A stretch of DNA of 64,000 nucleotides from the human T2T-CHM13v2.0 reference genome, Homo sapiens: the NCBI RefSeq assembly GCF_009914755.1, contig NC_060934.1. One strand, given 5' to 3'. A program made the translations under genes and the position numbers. The notes below the pieces were generated by a model. The model was given only the letters and a program-made list of their open reading frames with translations, made no database searches and was not told the origin of the DNA. Position 1 is the first letter of the stretch. Each line of letters starts with the position of its first letter. Positions 43,176 through 56,434 of this stretch are shown here, piece by piece.

Positions 43176-43889
43176 TGGTGCAGATTTTCATTGCTAGGAA
43201 CCTGTTGGGAAATTATGTTTCCCCCATTGTTATCCCTTTTCCTTTCCTTGGTTCAGGCTGGTAGCCAGGGTCTGTGTTTCTTGACCTCTTCTTTCCTTCC
43301 TTTGTTTCCGGTAAAAGCTGAAGCCCAACTCCAGAGTCAAAACCACTTCCCAGAGATGAGGAGGATAGGGTGGTCGTGGGGTCTGAGTCTGGCCATGCAG
43401 AAAGCCCTGGCATGGTTACCGGAGCACAGTGTTGGCTGAGACAGGGATTCAGAAGAAGGAGGGACTGAGGGGGCCAGGGGAGGTTCTGGTTGGGTTTTGA
43501 ACAGGTTGGGTTCATAGTTGCCCTGTGGGGTTGGGCTGAAGGCATCTGGAGGCATCGTCTAGAGCTACGAGTGATCCGGTGCCTCTGAGTGTAAGTCTCA
43601 GTAAAGCAATGCCAGCCTGCCTTTGCAAATAGGCATCGAAGCTTCAAAATCCCCTTAAAACCAACTTATTTTAACTAGAAATTGGTATGATAGTTATCTG
43701 AGTGGGTCATTTGTCTAAAGGTTAAATACTGGGTAAAAGCCAGAGCAGAAAACATCCTTTAGCAAATCCACCTGTCTGTGCTACTCGTGCCGGGGAAAGT
43801 GAAGCCAGCTCTCGCATGCTGATTTATCAGCTTCACCTGAGAAGGTCGAACACCCAAAAAAGCATATTTGATCTTTGATTCCTCATGTT

Positions 43890-44490
43890 GTGCACCTCAT
43901 TCACCAGACGTGCATGGGCACTGGCTGTGTGCAGGGCCCTGCTGTTGGGGTTTGGAGCATGTAGAGAACAGACAGAAGACAGAAGAAAAATGTATAAAAA
44001 GTACACAAGGCACACATTAATTACAGTGCTTGCTAGAAGGGAAAGGAAAAGGAAAGCAGGGTCAGGGAGACGGCCAGTGTGGAGCGTGCCATTCGCAGTG
44101 CGCAGTCTTGCACTCAGGATAGGCCCTGTGGAGAAGGTGACCTTTGGACAAAGACTGTGGGAGGTGCAGCGACCTGGGGAAAGTGCATTCCCGGAAGATG
44201 GAACTGCGTTGCGAAGTCCCTAGTTTCTGGCATGTTGTGGGAACAGAAAGAGGTCAGAGGCTGGGGAAGAGGGAGCAGGAGGAAGGGCGGTGGGCAAAGA
44301 GGTCCAAGGGCCATGGGTGACTTTGTATTTGTTCTGCTAAAGGGGAGCCACGGGAGGCTGCTGAATAGGGAATTGTCTTGATGAAAGTGTGAAAGCGCCG
44401 TTCTGGCTGCTGGGTGGAACGTGGCCAGCACAGGACATAGAGGGGCAGGGAGACCCTTTAGGAGGCTGAGGCCACCGTGCAGATGAGACA
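43890..44490 (-). mobile_element. L2 fragment
   Basis: GAGAAGGTGACCTTTG...GCATTCCCGGAAGA...TCTGGCTGCTGGGTGGA...GGAGACCCTTTAGGAGGCTG. Confidence 0.7.
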
Positions 44491-47400
44491 GGACCGTGTC
44501 CTGCACAGCAGCAGGCCACTAGAGGAGAGGCTGGGAGAGCCTGGGTGTAGATGGAAGGAGAGGAGGGGATCAAGGCTCACTTCAACACGTGCCTGTGACC
44601 CACCGGGACCCTGAGTGGGGAGGGAGACTCCCAGGAAACGCCATGAGGGAATCTCCCTCAGACAACCGACTGTTGAGCCCCAGACATGCACACATGGCAG
44701 GAGGCTTGGTCATGATTCTGTGGTTCTTCCATTTTGTGGACGGGAACCACAGTTCTAGCTTAGCCAGGGCATGCAGGCAACGTCTCGTCCTCTGCAAATC
44801 TTTTTCCCCGCTGCCCTCCTGTCCCTAGCAAGGAAGGTCTGGCACCATCCCCACCCCAGCTGGCTTGCTGTTGCCTTCATGGGGTGGAGCATGGCACAGG
44901 AGGAGCCACTGTTTTCTGACAATACATTAGAGTGACCACCCTCATCCGTGAGACACGTGGATCCCCTGGCTCCCCTGGCAGCTGTTCTGAAGTGCCGTCC
45001 ACACCCCTCCAGGATCCTGGGGCTGTCATGGAGGGGCCAGGCTGCCCACCAGAGTCCGATGCTACAATTTCCCAGGTCTTTGCTGTGACCCAGGATGCAG
45101 AGATGATGAGGACATGGCTCTCGGGGCAGGAGGCCTCTGCCCATGGGTTTCAACCTTGGCCACCTTGTGCTCCATTCGGAAGACTGCTTCAGCCTCCATC
45201 TCATAGGTGCCTGCAGACAGGCCCCCTGCAGAGGTGGAGAGGAGGGAGAGCCCTGGCAGGGGAGGGGGCCTGGCAGGAAGCAGGGTGGCTGTGCATCCTT
45301 CTCTGGCCCCTCAGAAGCAGAGACTGCAGAGCCAGTCCTTAGCTTGTGGTGGATGGGCAATTGTGACCCTCAGGAAGCCAGCTCTGCTGTGGCTCCATGC
45401 TGTCAGATGGACCACACTTACCAGGTACAAGCCAGCAAGACTGGCTGTGACACAGTCATCCTGAGCTGCCCTAAAAATGATAATTTTAACACAGCCTACC
45501 TGGCCTAAGGCTACCTGAACATAGTATGCAAATGTATGCATTTATGCAAATTTCAGCAACCCAGATTTCTGGCCACTGGGACCTCTGCTCTGAGAGCCTG
45601 TGGGGCTGATGTGTGGTCTTGCTCTTGCAGCCTGACAGAGATTTACACACCTGCCTTCTTCCCTGTTGGCCTCTTCAGCAAGAGCTGGCCTGGGTTTCTG
45701 GGGAGACTTTTTTTTATGGTCCCTGCTCAGCTTAGAGATGCCAAAAGAAAAGCAGTTTCGAGGTGAAGCCCTCTTTATTCCCGGGTTCTGCCAGCGTCTT
45801 CACAATGGGCAGACGCACCTCGTCCTTTGTGCAGTCGTTGGTGTAAACTCTTGAAAAAATGAGTTGAGCAAGTTATCTGCTGTTCATAGTTCAGCAACCA
45901 AAGCAGCCCCCCCTTGAGGTGTCTATGTTTGATTAGTAGGAGCAATTCTTCGTCCTTTTATGGTGCCTTTCTGCAAAACTGCTGTGAAGCAACTCGCTAA
46001 TTCTCCGACAGGCAGGTGGTGAATCCTGGATCCCCGTTTGTGTGTGGAGGATAGGCATGGAGAGAACCTCATCTGTGGTCCTGTGGGAGGAGCCAGCAGC
46101 ACCCTAAGAACCACCAGGGTCTTGCTGGCTACTCCTGTGGGGGACCCCTCCGAGGGGGACCTCACTCAGTGGGGCAGGGACGCTTTCAGCTTGAGGTGCT
46201 TCCTCTCAGCAGCCCCTGAAAGTGGGACCTGGACTGAGCCAGGAAGTGGGATGCAGGATTTACCACTTGTCATCGTCACACGGAGCTTGATGCCTTCTAG
46301 TCCCTGGGACACCCGGCTGGCCCGAATTTGACTATAGGTGAGGCCCCTTCTCTGGGGTTTGCTATAATGTGCCTTCCCTTCATGCCCCAGGGATACAGGC
46401 ACCAGCTCTGCCTCCATCCCCAAAACCCAGCCAGGGTGGCAGCTGCTCCTGTTTGCTAAGGGGATAAGGTGGGGAGAGTAGCAAGGCCGAGGGCCTGGTG
46501 GAATCAAGACTGTCCTGTGAGCTGCAGAAATGCATGTAGTTTGTGCTAAGGGGACTTTGGGGCATGATATAATTTAAAATTGGCCAGTTTACTGTCATGT
46601 CTCTGCTAAAGCATGCTTCTCCCAGGCTCATGAAATCAGGGCTCCTGAGCTGACTAGTCCCTCCTTCTGATTAGAATATTCAGACACTCTCACCAGAAGC
46701 AGGTCAGCCCACGACTGTGACAGGAAAGGGAAGCTGGATCTCGCTAAGCAAATGTTTGAGGTCTGCCCAGATAATCACTATCAGCAGTGCTTAGGGCGAT
46801 GGGAATGAAAGGTGCCTGTCAGGACAGGGGCTGCATGGAACATTCTTTAGTGGGGGCGTCGTGGAGCCTGGCACGGCTGCAGGGGACAGACACACCTGCT
46901 GCTCACTCTAAAGCCTCTTCCCCCTGCCGCGCGAGCCGCCCGGCATGGCCCAAGTCCAGCTCGTTACCTGTGTGATTTATCTCAGGCATTCCAGAAATAT
47001 CCGAGCCACAGATGCACATGGCTTCTCTTCGACTCCTACTGGAGACGCGAGTGAACAGACAGGCTCTGTCACAAGGGGTCTAATCCAGAGTTGAGATGAT
47101 TAGGCAAGAAGAAGAAGAGTCCAAATGAGGGGACCTCCCAGAGTGGGAATATTCACTCAAACAGCAGTTCCTGGGTATCCCTAGTGTCATAGGATCCTCT
47201 GAGCACTGCATGGGCAGGGCTGGTCCCTGGAGATCTGGGGCTGGAGCAAGGCTGGCAGAGGACTTGGTAAACACATGCTCTGGTGGTGTTATTCTGTAAA
47301 CAGTAGACACGGCACCGCAGTGTGCAGGGAGACCAGGCTCAGAGTGCCAGCTATGATGGGCAGCCATGGGAGTGATGCTGCCAGGTCACATTAACCAGCG

Positions 47401-47644
47401 TGGGGCCTGTCTCCTCCTCCGGGGCTGCTGTGGTGCCAGCCTGTGTCCTTGGTGCTGGGAGGCCATAGGAAGTCAGAGGCTGTCTTCACCAGACCAAGAT
47501 TGCGTGTCATCTGCAGCCAAGGCGGGGTCACGTCCGGAAGTGCCGCTGATGTGGTGCAGAGCTGGCACTGAGATGAGTTTCCTAGCGGGCAGGCCTTGGG
47601 CTGAGGGCACCGCCTGCACAAGAACTCTGCGATGTCAGGACTGT

Positions 47645-47780
47645 CGTTACTCCCATTTTAAAGACATTGAAGTGGATGCCTAGGGAGGCCACGGGCCCTG
47701 CCCGCGCACCTCAGCTGCTGAGTCCTAGGGCTGGGGTCCAAGCCCATCCTGTCCAGTTCCAAAGTCAGTGCTTTTTAATG
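47645..47780 (-). mobile_element. MIR fragment
   Basis: CCCATTTTAAAGA...TCCAAAGTCAGTGCTTTTTAA. Confidence 0.55.
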
Positions 47781-47959
47781 ATGCTCACCTGCAAACAATC
47801 GTTGTTGTTGATGTTATGTCTTTTAAAAATCAGTATTAAGTTATAGTTTGGTTTATTTAAATAATGAAAGAGCCTTCAGACACTGGGCTTGTGAGAAAGA
47901 ACAGGGTCCAATGCTCGGAGGGATGGTGAAGCCCCAGGCAGGGCTGGCAGGTTGGGCCC

Positions 47960-48368
47960 GTTCGTCGCTGTCCAGCCAATGTTTGTTCCCTCTCCTCTCT
48001 ACCTCCAGGGTCACCCCTTGGCTGCCTTTTATGCTGGGCTTGGCTGTGGGGCCAGCTTTGGCCTGTGGAATGTGGGAGGAAGTGACGATGTGTCAGTTTG
48101 GAGGCGGGCCTCTAATGGGCATGGTGTGTTTGTGCTCTCCCCCTGGGGAAGTTTGTCCAGGTAGCTGCCCCTGCGGATGAGACATGGAAAGTTTGTCCAG
48201 GTAGCTGCCCCTGTGGATGAGACATGGAGCAACCTGAACTTGACACCTAGCGTCACGCAGCACTTCCCCAGTCATCCCTCATATTCGGTAGTGAGAAGTC
48301 AGTGCTTCCTGCTGTGTTCCTCTGAGATTTTGCAGTGGGTCGTTCCACAGCAACACCTGACTGTTACA
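47960..48368 (+). mobile_element. Old MLT1 (I/J-like) LTR
   Basis: TTTGGCCTGTGGAATGTGGGAGGAAGTGAC...CTGAGATTTTG...CACAGCAA...TGACTGTTACA. Confidence 0.55.
48149..48228. repeat. 40-bp tandem duplication
   Basis: AAGTTTGTCCAGGTAGCTGCCCCTG(C/T)GGATGAGACATGGA x2, one mismatch. Confidence 0.95.
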
Positions 48369-49083
48369 CCTGGTAACTAAATATTTGGCAGTGTAGGAGT
48401 TGAGTTGTCTAAGGGACAGTGTGTTAAAACTAGTTAGGAGATAATGGGATTTTTGGTCTAGATGTAAATCTAGACCAAAGCCTGTAATGGGACTAGTCTG
48501 TAAGGCTAGCGTGTAAGGGGAGCTTAGTCTCTATCTTGAGAGCCCTAGTCTATAGGGGAGCCTTAGTCTCTGTCTTCAGAGCTCCGAGTTTCTTTCTAGG
48601 GGAACCCTACAGAGTTCCTGCTGGCCACTGCTCTCCTGGGAGTAATATTCAGGGCCTGCCCCATCCCTGTGGGGAGGCGAGGCCATGGAGGGCCTGGGCT
48701 CAGTGTTGGGGACTGTGATTGGCAGCCTAGCACCCTGGAGAGACTTCCCCTGTCCCCAAGTCATTATTGCCATCTGGCCTCCTTGTGATTTTGTCTGATT
48801 GAGGGGACTGTGTAAAAAAGTCTTCTTGTGGCTTCCTTCTTTCACTAATGTTTTTCATTCATTCTGGGGACCCACAAGGGCACAGGTACTCTTTGCCCTC
48901 ACAGTTGGGATGATCTCAGGGTGCGTGCCCACACCAACACCAGGCAGGGTGTACTGAGTGCTGGATGAGAGGTGCCAAGATGTCCCCCAGGACATAGGAG
49001 GGGAGAGGTTCCTGTCCTCCGAAGTCCTGGGGCAGGCTTCATGCACCTACTGCCCTTTGCCCTGGGTCTGGAAATACTGCAAT

Positions 49084-49205
49084 CACTTGTTCACTCATTC
49101 AAGAAATGTTTATTTATTAATAGCATCTACTAAATGCTAGTTACTGGGCTAGAACCCAGGAACAGAATGATGAACAAGGCAGGCCCTGTAGCTGTCCTCA
49201 TAGAA
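49084..49205 (-). mobile_element. L2 3' end
   Basis: TTCACTCATTCAAGAAATGTTTATT...GCATCTACTAAATGCTAG...ATGAACAAGGCAG. Confidence 0.65.
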
Positions 49206-50348
49206 TGGTGGTTGCAGAGCTTAGGGGGAGAGAGGAGGAAGGAGGCTTCAGGCACAGGGACAGCACAGGAAATGGCCTACTTTCCAACAGGACTAGGGGA
49301 AACGCCAGGAAACATAAGATGGTTTGGTCTGGATGGCACATCATTACAAATTAGAGCCTCGGAGCAGTTTGTCTTTACAAACTGCTCTAATGTTAGGTGA
49401 GAGCAACCACAGTGAAATATTCGACACAGCACAGAAGCCGATCACTTACAGACAACAGCGTTGGCCAAATTTACTTTCACCTGAGACCCTTGACTGGGAG
49501 GAAGAACTCCAAACGACCCTGTTCCCTGGAATGAGATGTCAATGAAGCATGTGTAAGTTTCCACTCACTGTGTAATGAGGGCCAAGTGGGATTTACAAGC
49601 ACACACTTTCGAAGAAGAGCATCAGGGTTTGGAAAATTTAAACATGTACAAGAAGTCTGGCCATGAAAAATATAACTTATGTCCAAAGTGAAGCTTGCCC
49701 TGCACAGCAAATCTGAGCTTGGGATCAGACCCTACTTTAGCCACCTTGGAGGCACAGCTGGTCCCTATGATGACCAGGAATCGGCTGAGCAGTAGCCCGG
49801 AACCTGCAGCCTATGCTGGGCTGAGATGCTCTTACTCTTTTTCCCTTTGGGCCTTAACCCTAGGAAGGTAGAGAAATAAATATCTTGTAGGATTATTGTA
49901 ACCCCAAGCTTCAGGCTATGTATCACAAAATAAATCCATGCTGTTAGAATAGAATTGAGTGAATATTTTAATAACTTGTACAATCACTTCATTTTTGAAT
50001 GCTTTTCTGCCATTTGCATGTTCGAGAGCTTCAAAATAGTCATATTGTCTGCCATTATATTCACAGATGTGGATTAAATTCTTGAAGGCATTGGATTAGT
50101 TACGTTTGTAAACGTTGTTTAAAGCAATTATTATCTAAGTTTTGTTTATGAGGTAGTAAGTTCAATACACTGGTAATAGGAGGAGTATGAGTGTCTCTCC
50201 TCCAGCTACAAAAGTCCTCCAGACATTAACGATTTTAGAACACATGAGTTTTCTCCTTTATTATGGTGGTGAATTGTATTAATTTTTATAATATTGAATT
50301 ATTTATTCATTCAACCAATTGCAATAAGAGCTTCCTACCTAGATATGA

Positions 50349-50896
<548 letters not shown>

Positions 50897-51130
50897 GTTT
50901 AGGTTTTCTATTTCTTCTTAGGTCAGCTTTATCATTTGTACTTGCCTAGAAAATTGTCCCTTAAATCCAGGTTCTCAAACATATTTATCATAGAGTTGTG
51001 CAGGTATTTTAAAAGAATTATTTAAAAAGTGTGTTTCTGCAGTTGTTTTCTGTTATACCATATATTAAATTGTGCTCCCATGGTTCTGCTTTTTTTCCCC
51101 AGCTGATTTGTGAAAATTTTGAAGCAGGTC

Positions 51131-51483
51131 TGTATTAGTCCGTTTTTAAGCTGCTGATAAAGACAAACACAAGACTGGGGAGAAAAGGAGGTTTAATTTG
51201 ACTTATGGTTCCACATGGCTGGGGAGATCTCGTGATCATGACGGAAGGCAAAAGGCACTTTATACATGGTAGCAGCAAGAGAGAATGAGGAAGAAGCAAA
51301 AGCAGAACCCCCTGATAAACCCATCAGATGTTGTGAGACTTATTCACTATCACGAGAATAGCATGGAAAAGACCACCCCCATGATTCAATTACCTCCCGC
51401 TGGGTCCGTCCCATAACACGTGGGAATTCTGGGAGATACAATTGGAGTTGAGATTTGAATGGGGACACAGCCAAACCATATCA
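51131..51483 (-). mobile_element. THE1A-like solo LTR
   Basis: TGTATTAGTCCG...GGGACACAGCCAAACCATATCA; perfect TSD AGGTC (51126-51130 / 51484-51488). Confidence 0.92.
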
Positions 51484-52159
51484 AGGTCACTCTCGTGATT
51501 TCTTTTTGGGTAACACCCATACAGGTGTGGACTCCTTTTTGTCAAGTTTCTCAGTTTCACTGTGCAGAGGCTAAAAGTGGCAGCAACATCTCTTACCACC
51601 TGGCTATGAGATTTCCTTCAAATACCTGGAGAGGGACTCATTGGTTGGGAATATTATCACACTCTGATGTTTTGCCCAAGAGCAGCCTGTGAATCCTGCT
51701 GAGAGTTCACAGCTTAGTCTTTCTACTTCTTTGCCACCTTCCAGGCTTCTGGAACTGCTCCAGGACAGAGCAGCCTAGATCAGAGGAGAGAAGTAACAAG
51801 TGACAGCCTGCTGGAGAAGTGACAGCTCACGTCACTTCTGTCCTGTTCCAGGAGTGATGCTAAGTCAGGCTTCTGTCTCGGTTCCTTTGTGTGCCCTTTA
51901 TGGAGGCTCCTTCTGAGTCCCCCCTATCCCCACCAGAAGTCTCTTCTTCTGAGTCTTGGTTCATATCAAAGTGGAAAACTGATGTTCTAGATGCACTTAT
52001 GCAAAGCCAAGGGCGGGGCAGAAGGCAGGGTGCTGGCCGTGGGACTTAGTGGTGGTGGGTCAGTGGGAGCAAAGACATACACTATCAGCAGTGCCTAAAG
52101 GTGAGAGCTCAGGGATGGCCCACCTTAACCTTTCTCTGCACGTTCTTATAAATGCAGGT

Positions 52160-52630
52160 TGTAGTTGGTTAAATAGTGTTCTCCCAAACTATGTCCAAGT
52201 CCTAACTCCCAGGACATGTAAATGTGACTTTATTTGGAAACAGGGTCTTAGCAGAGGTAATTAAGCTAACAGTCTCAAGATGAGATCCTGTTGGATTTAG
52301 GGCAGGCTCTAAGTCCAATGACTGGCATCCTTATAAGAAGAGGAGAGGACACACAGACACCCAAGTGAGCCACATGTAAAGACAGAGGCAGAGACTGCAG
52401 CGGCGCAACTCCAGTCAACCAGCCAAGCAACAAGACTGACTGGCAGCCGCTGGAAGCCAGGAGAGAGGCATGGAATGGGTCTCCCTCTGAGCCTCTGGAA
52501 GGAACCAACCCCACTGACACCTCAATTGTGGACTTCTGGCCTCCAGAACTGTGAGACAATACATTTCTGTTGTTTGAGGCCACGAGGTTTGTGGTTGTTT
52601 GTAATGGTACCCACAGGAAGCTCATCCACA
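52160..52630 (+). mobile_element. MLT1C-like LTR
   Basis: AATGTGACTTTATTTGGAAA...TCCAATGACTGGCATCCTTATAAGAAGAG...GACTTCTGGCCTCCAGAACTGTGAGACAAT. Confidence 0.85.
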
Positions 52631-53817
52631 GTTAACACACATCATATGTGAGCTCTGCGCAGACAGTCTTTACGCTGCTGTCATCATCCAAGGATGGCTG
52701 TGCGGGGAACGATGACTGCTAACTCAGTTCACCAGAAGATTGCTGCTCCCTGTTTCTTTGCATAGTATTGACACATGAGAGGCTTGGAGGATGCATACCC
52801 TGAGTTAGCACTTGAAGTCATCTGAATGCTGTTTGCCTGTCCTTGACATTACACAATTTGTGTATCTTTGTGTGATCCAAGTTAAATCTGACAATAGAAA
52901 ACAATCACAAAATAAGCATTTCCTGGCATTGTCATCATTCAAGATGAAAGGAAAGTGGAATGAGGCGATTTCTGCCTCTATGGGATCCACTGACAATTAA
53001 CTGGAGCAGCTCATCCCGGTCCCTTTTCAATGAATATTAACAACCACACTGACTGCAGATAGCTCTGTATTGCTCCCCATCGTGCGGCAAAATTGAGTAA
53101 ACACTTATTCCTCATTAGGGTGTTTTATGAATAGGGCATTACAGTGCGCTGGTGGCACTCACTCTGCCTTTCGTGAAGGAGGCCACGATGAACAGGTGGA
53201 GTCGGAATCACCGTTCTGCCTTCTTCCTGTTCTCAGCAGACGCACACGGCGCCGAGGGGGTGCTCTGTGAGGCCCCTGGAGGGGCAGTTACTTGGGCTTC
53301 TCAGAGAGAACCTGGCAGCTCTTTGCTGAAACCCGATACTCCAGGCTCCCAGGGCCGGGTGGCCAAGATGCTGTGCAGCACGGGTCACCTGCTCCTGGTC
53401 CTCCCACTGCCTGGATGGTTGCTCCGTGTTTTTATAAAGAACATCACTCAAGTATTGCGTTTTCTTTCTTCATTTTGCTGTCTGTCCCTCTCCATTCAAC
53501 CTTTCAGTGGGTGTTCCTGAGTCCTTCCCTGTGCCAGATGCTGTGCAAGGCACTCAGGTTACAGTGGGGGACAAATCAGACGTGGTCTGTGGGTGGGGAG
53601 TGTCCTGAAGAGATGCTCTTTGAAGGCCCTGAAAGCCCACGTGCTTGCGTGTGACTCATAGGGGCAGGGTCTCTGGACCTGGGAGGCCCTGACTTCTCCC
53701 TGCTCTTGCTCTGCATGAGGGTGCAGACTGCTCAGGCCCACCCTGAGGAAAGAGGCCATGGTTCCTGTCCCACCCATCCTGCAAGGCCTAGACCCACCAC
53801 TAGGGAGGACAGTGGCT

Positions 53818-53914
53818 CAGTATCTCACGGGATCACCCTAACAGCCCACTGGCCAGACTGTATCTGACAGTATCTCATGGGATCACCCTAACAAACAGCC
53901 CATTGGCCAGACTG
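53818..53914. repeat. ~50-bp period local duplication
   Basis: CAGTATCTCA(C/T)GGGATCACCCTAACA[AACA]GCCCA(C/T)TGGCCAGACTG x2. Confidence 0.92.
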
Positions 53915-54732
53915 GGGTTGATTTTCTTTTTACTTAAAATGCTGCATCCTCCCACTCTGCCCAAGATAGACATGGTAACTGGGTTACAGCTTACTGAGCG
54001 CCATTCTGGAAACTTCTAGAGTCTCAGTTTTCATCTGAAATGACATAGGAGAGGAGGAATTCACACTTAGGCATTTCCAGGCTCAGTAAGCAGCACACGC
54101 CTCCTCATTAGTGGCCGGCTCTCTCTGTGTGAGCAGAAGGCATTTCATTTCCTCACGTCCCTCTCTCACGCTGCCTGGCTCCCCTTCTTGCCGCCTTCGT
54201 CCCTCCTTCCCTCCTCAGCTCACACTGTGGCTTCCCGGTGACATCCTTGTCCTGCTCTCACTTCTCAGGCCGGGCTCGCTCTTCCTGAAGCATCTGCCAC
54301 CGTCCCAGGCTTCCTGCCTGGCTTCTGCACAGGTCTCTGAGGGTGGCTATTCCCAGTGAGGTCTTTCTCTAGGACAGAAACCTGCTTGTCTGCAGAGAGT
54401 GTCACCCCTCAGGTCCTCTGCTGGGGTCCTCTGAGTGCTAGTCCATGAATGGTGGCTCCTTAGGGCCCAAGGAGAGTGCCCTGGCCAGGGCCTGCAGGCT
54501 GCGGGATACTGGGTTCCGGAGTCTGTGGGATTCCTTCCCACTTCTGGGTTCGGCTTCTCCTTAAGCCTTGGTCTCCTTCTTTCCTGGTGCAACAGGTCCT
54601 TTCTGCGGGCAGCATGCTGGCTTAGGTGGGTGAGCCCTTCATCCTTCCAGCCTGGAATGAGACAGGAACAAAATGCTCCTGGTTTCATTTTGAAGAAAGC
54701 AGGCAGGGCCTTGGCTGATGGAGCTTAGGCCC

Positions 54733-55167
54733 TGTATACATTTCTTGTGGCTGCAGTAGCAAATTACAACAACCTGGTGGCTTAGGACAACAAAAATGCA
54801 CTCTCTCTGAGGCCAGAAGGCTGAGGTCAACGTGTTGTGGGGCTTTCTGAAGCTCTGGGTGTGGGGGATCCTTCCCTGCCTCTTCCAGTTTCTGGGGGCT
54901 GCTGGTGTTCCCTGGCTTGTGGCTGATTCAATCTGATCTCTGCCTCAGAGGTTACACTGCCTTTTCCTCCATCGTGTGTCATCGAATCTCCCTCTCTCAC
55001 AAGGACACTGTCATTGCATTTAGGGTTCACCCACAAAATCCAGGAAAATCTCCCCACTTGGAGATCGTTAGCTTAGCCATGTCTGCAAAGTCTACCAAAT
55101 AATGAACATTCACAGGTTCTAGGGGTTAGACCCTGATGTCTTCAGGGGCCATTATCAGTTTACCACA
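54733..55167 (-). mobile_element. MLT1C/D-like LTR
   Basis: TGTATA...TACCACA termini; perfect TSD GGCCC (54728-54732 / 55168-55172). Confidence 0.85.
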
Positions 55168-55385
55168 GGCCCCGTGCCCTCCCTGGGACCACAGCACCCA
55201 GGGCAGAGATCTGTACTGGGCTCTGTGGGGAAGAGGGGCAGGACTCCTTCCCGAAAGGATACTGGGTCCCGCACAGTCGCAGCTGTGCAGAGGACTGTGG
55301 GCCAGGGCCCAGCCTATTTTGTCTCTCTCATGATTGCTGATGGGACAGTGGTGTGCAATTCCCAGAGAATCCCGCACATGTTTTC

Positions 55386-55495
55386 TCACTTGACCTCATC
55401 AGCAACATGAAGGCTTATCATGGATATTATTGTTATCTCCACTTTTTGATGAGAAGCCAACCTCAGGGGTCAGCTGCCTGCTCCAAGTTGCATGG
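55386..55495 (-). mobile_element. MIR fragment
   Basis: TATTATTGTTATCTCCACTTTTTGATGAGAA. Confidence 0.5.
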
Positions 55496-56269
55496 AAGCC
55501 TTGACTCTCTGCTCCTAGGAGACAGGATGGATGGGCCGCCCTGGTGGATACCTGCTTTTTGGGAGGCCACCAGGCAGGACTGGGGGTGGGAAGTCCCAAT
55601 GTTGCTTGGGGAGGCTGGTCTGGTGCTGCTGCACCTCATTCTCTGGGAAGGCTCCTCCCAGAGGGTCCTTGGTGGTGCCTCTGCATGATCCGAAACTTCT
55701 CTGCTCACCCTCGCCCCTCCGTCCTGGAAGCCAAGCTGATTTCTGCTGCTCACGCTTTATTAGCATATTAATCAGAATAGGCAGGTTGGGGTGAAATCCA
55801 GTAGACAGCCCAAACCAGGTGTCTGGACGCTGGGTAGCACATCCTGCCCTCCTCCCAAAGAGGGCCTGGGGTCCCAGGCTGCTTCCTTCCAAGCCTCCAC
55901 CATCCCACGGCTGAAGGTCACCTTGAAGACTCTCGTCAGCACTCAGAGGAAGGCAGATTGAGTAGGATGGTTTCTGGCTGGGCAGGACGTAACTTGTGCC
56001 TTCATTCCATCCCCCAGGCCTGGTTACGTGGTCTCAGTCCAGCTGAAGTGAGGCTGGGAACTGCGGTCAGCTGTGTACCTGGAGAGATGAATGGGATGGG
56101 TGTCCAGTGTCCCCCACCGGCCCGGATGCTGCCTCACCTTGGACATGGTGATAGAGGAGGTGTCATGAACTGATTTGGGCTAGGTGCTTATTGATTATTC
56201 TAGTCTCTTCTAAGTATTCTGATACTGATTCTGCTCCAGCATCACCGGCGGGGCTGTGGCAGATCCAGG

Positions 56270-56434
56270 CAGTGCCAAGTTTATGGGCATGTGCTGCACA
56301 GGTCCCAAATGCAGAAGGGTCCTGGCACTTGATTTAATGCTATGTGTTGCCATCTTGAAATTTGTAATAATTTTGAACAAGGAGGTTTCGTTTCCTTTTT
56401 GTACTGGGATCTGCAAAGTATGTAGCTTGTCCTG
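56270..56434 (+). mobile_element. MER91A (hAT-Tip100 MITE)
   Basis: CAGAAGGGTCC...TTTAATGCT...CATCTTGAAATT...TTTTGAACAAGG...GCAAAGTATGTAGCTTGTCCTG. Confidence 0.7.
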
